NCBI GenBank assembly: GCA_050125095.1
Contig: JASFEA010000064.1
Coordinates: forward strand, 1 to 18,290
Origin: a bacterium
Lineage (GTDB): Bacteria > Arandabacterota > Arandabacteria > Arandabacterales > JALGWA01
Direction of reading: 5' to 3'
Length of the DNA: 18,290 nt
In this document: piece by piece, positions 17,434 to 18,290 of the stretch
How positions within the stretch are numbered: the first letter of the stretch is position 1
How the letters are laid out: every line of letters starts with the position of its first letter
The notes under the pieces: model-generated
Told to the model about the DNA's origin: nothing
The model's database searches: none
The model's input: only the letters and a program-made list of their open reading frames with translations
Made by a program: the position numbers and the translations under genes

Positions 17434-18290
17434 ATGAGGCCATTACTGATGCTGGTTCTCATGTGCTGTGTTCTCGGGTCTGGCTGCTCGCAAGACCCCG
17501 ACGTGGTTTTCGATGACAGGTTCTCCGGGGTCCGTGAGCTCATCATCGAACAGGTGGAAGACGGGATTGTTCCTTCCATCGCGGTGGCCGTGGCGGAGGA
17601 TGGAGAGATCATCTGGGAAGAGGCATTCGGGTGGTCGGATTTGGAGAACAGGGTTCAGGCCACTCCGCATACCATGTACAGACTGGGCTCCATCACCAAG
17701 ACGATCACGGCCACCGGACTAATGCTGCTCGTGGAAGAAGGCAGGGTGGATCTGGACAGGCCTGCGGTGGAGTACCTGCCGGAGGATGTCAGGCCGCGGA
17801 CATACGTGGGGGAACCCGAGGATGTAACGGTCAGGCATCTGGTCAATCACCGGTCCGGCATGCCCGCCTATGCCGAGTCCTTCTATGAGGATGATCCCGA
17901 GGGTCCGCGTTCGCTAGGTGAGACTGTCCGTCGCTATGGGATCGTCGTCTACCCACCGGGTTGGTCGTTCATCTACTGCAATCTCGGCTATCAGATGCTT
18001 GGGAGTATCATCGCCGAAGTCTCGGGAGTGAGCTATGCCGAGTTCATCGAGGAGCGCGTCTTCGCGCCCCTGGGCATGACCGAGTCTCTTGTCTACGGGG
18101 GCCAGGCCTTGAGCAGGCCCTACGCGGTAAACTACACACAGGCACTCGAGCGAATCCCGCTGTATGTAGACGTATATCCCGGCGCTGATGGCAACTGCGC
18201 GAGCGCTCACGATCTCGTGCGCTTCGCTATGTTTCATCTGGAGGATCATCTGCCCGGCCAGGAGGCGATCCTCACAGATGAGAGCATCAG
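17434..18290 (+). CDS. Serine hydrolase, beta-lactamase family, probable lipoprotein (3' end outside the window; absent from the ORF track)
   Basis: GGAGGAGGT RBS. Manual translation gives MRPLLMLVLMCCVLGSGC...MYRLGSITKT (SxxK)...LVNHRSG...FIYCNLGY (YxN)...VFAPLGM, with no stop seen before the window end. Confidence 0.9.
   Translation, partial: MRPLLMLVLMCCVLGSGCSQDPDVVFDDRFSGVRELIIEQVEDGIVPSIAVAVAEDGEIIWEEAFGWSDLENRVQATPHTMYRLGSITKTITATGLMLLVEEGRVDLDRPAVEYLPEDVRPRTYVGEPEDVTVRHLVNHRSGMPAYAESFYEDDPEGPRSLGETVRRYGIVVYPPGWSFIYCNLGYQMLGSIIAEVSGVSYAEFIEERVFAPLGMTESLVYGGQALSRPYAVNYTQALERIPLYVDVYPGADGNCASAHDLVRFAMFHLEDHLPGQEAILTDESI

Noticed and set aside
1-18290. CRISPR array, tRNA/rRNA, intact transposase or integrase
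   Set aside because: No regularly spaced direct repeats, structural RNA signatures or recombinase ORFs were seen.

Overview
A GC-rich bacterial accessory region with 16 protein-coding genes (two cut by the window edges), all on the + strand and mostly unrelated in function. In order: 3' part of a CopB-type P1B ATPase, secreted ankyrin/MBL-fold protein, conserved hypothetical, ZU5-like lipoprotein, C_GCAxxG_C_C redox protein, two small membrane proteins, beta-carbonic-anhydrase-like protein, YigZ, serine hydrolase, NapH/MauN-like 4Fe-4S membrane protein, CBM9/DOMON-like lipoprotein, GNAT, S9 peptidase, ankyrin/PD40 protein, cupin, and a second serine hydrolase that the ORF track missed. Main observations: (1) a probable selenoprotein, with an in-frame TGA at the conserved first Cys of the C_GCAxxG_C_C protein, followed by a SECIS-like hairpin; (2) a diverged, internally deleted second copy of the hypothetical gene, with a 418-bp deletion at a 10-bp imperfect microhomology; (3) two secreted proteins whose metal-binding motifs look rewritten (possible pseudoenzymes); (4) eroded attC-like sites and gene relics in the spacers, suggesting a decayed cassette array. 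All family assignments come from recognising motifs by eye, not from database searches.
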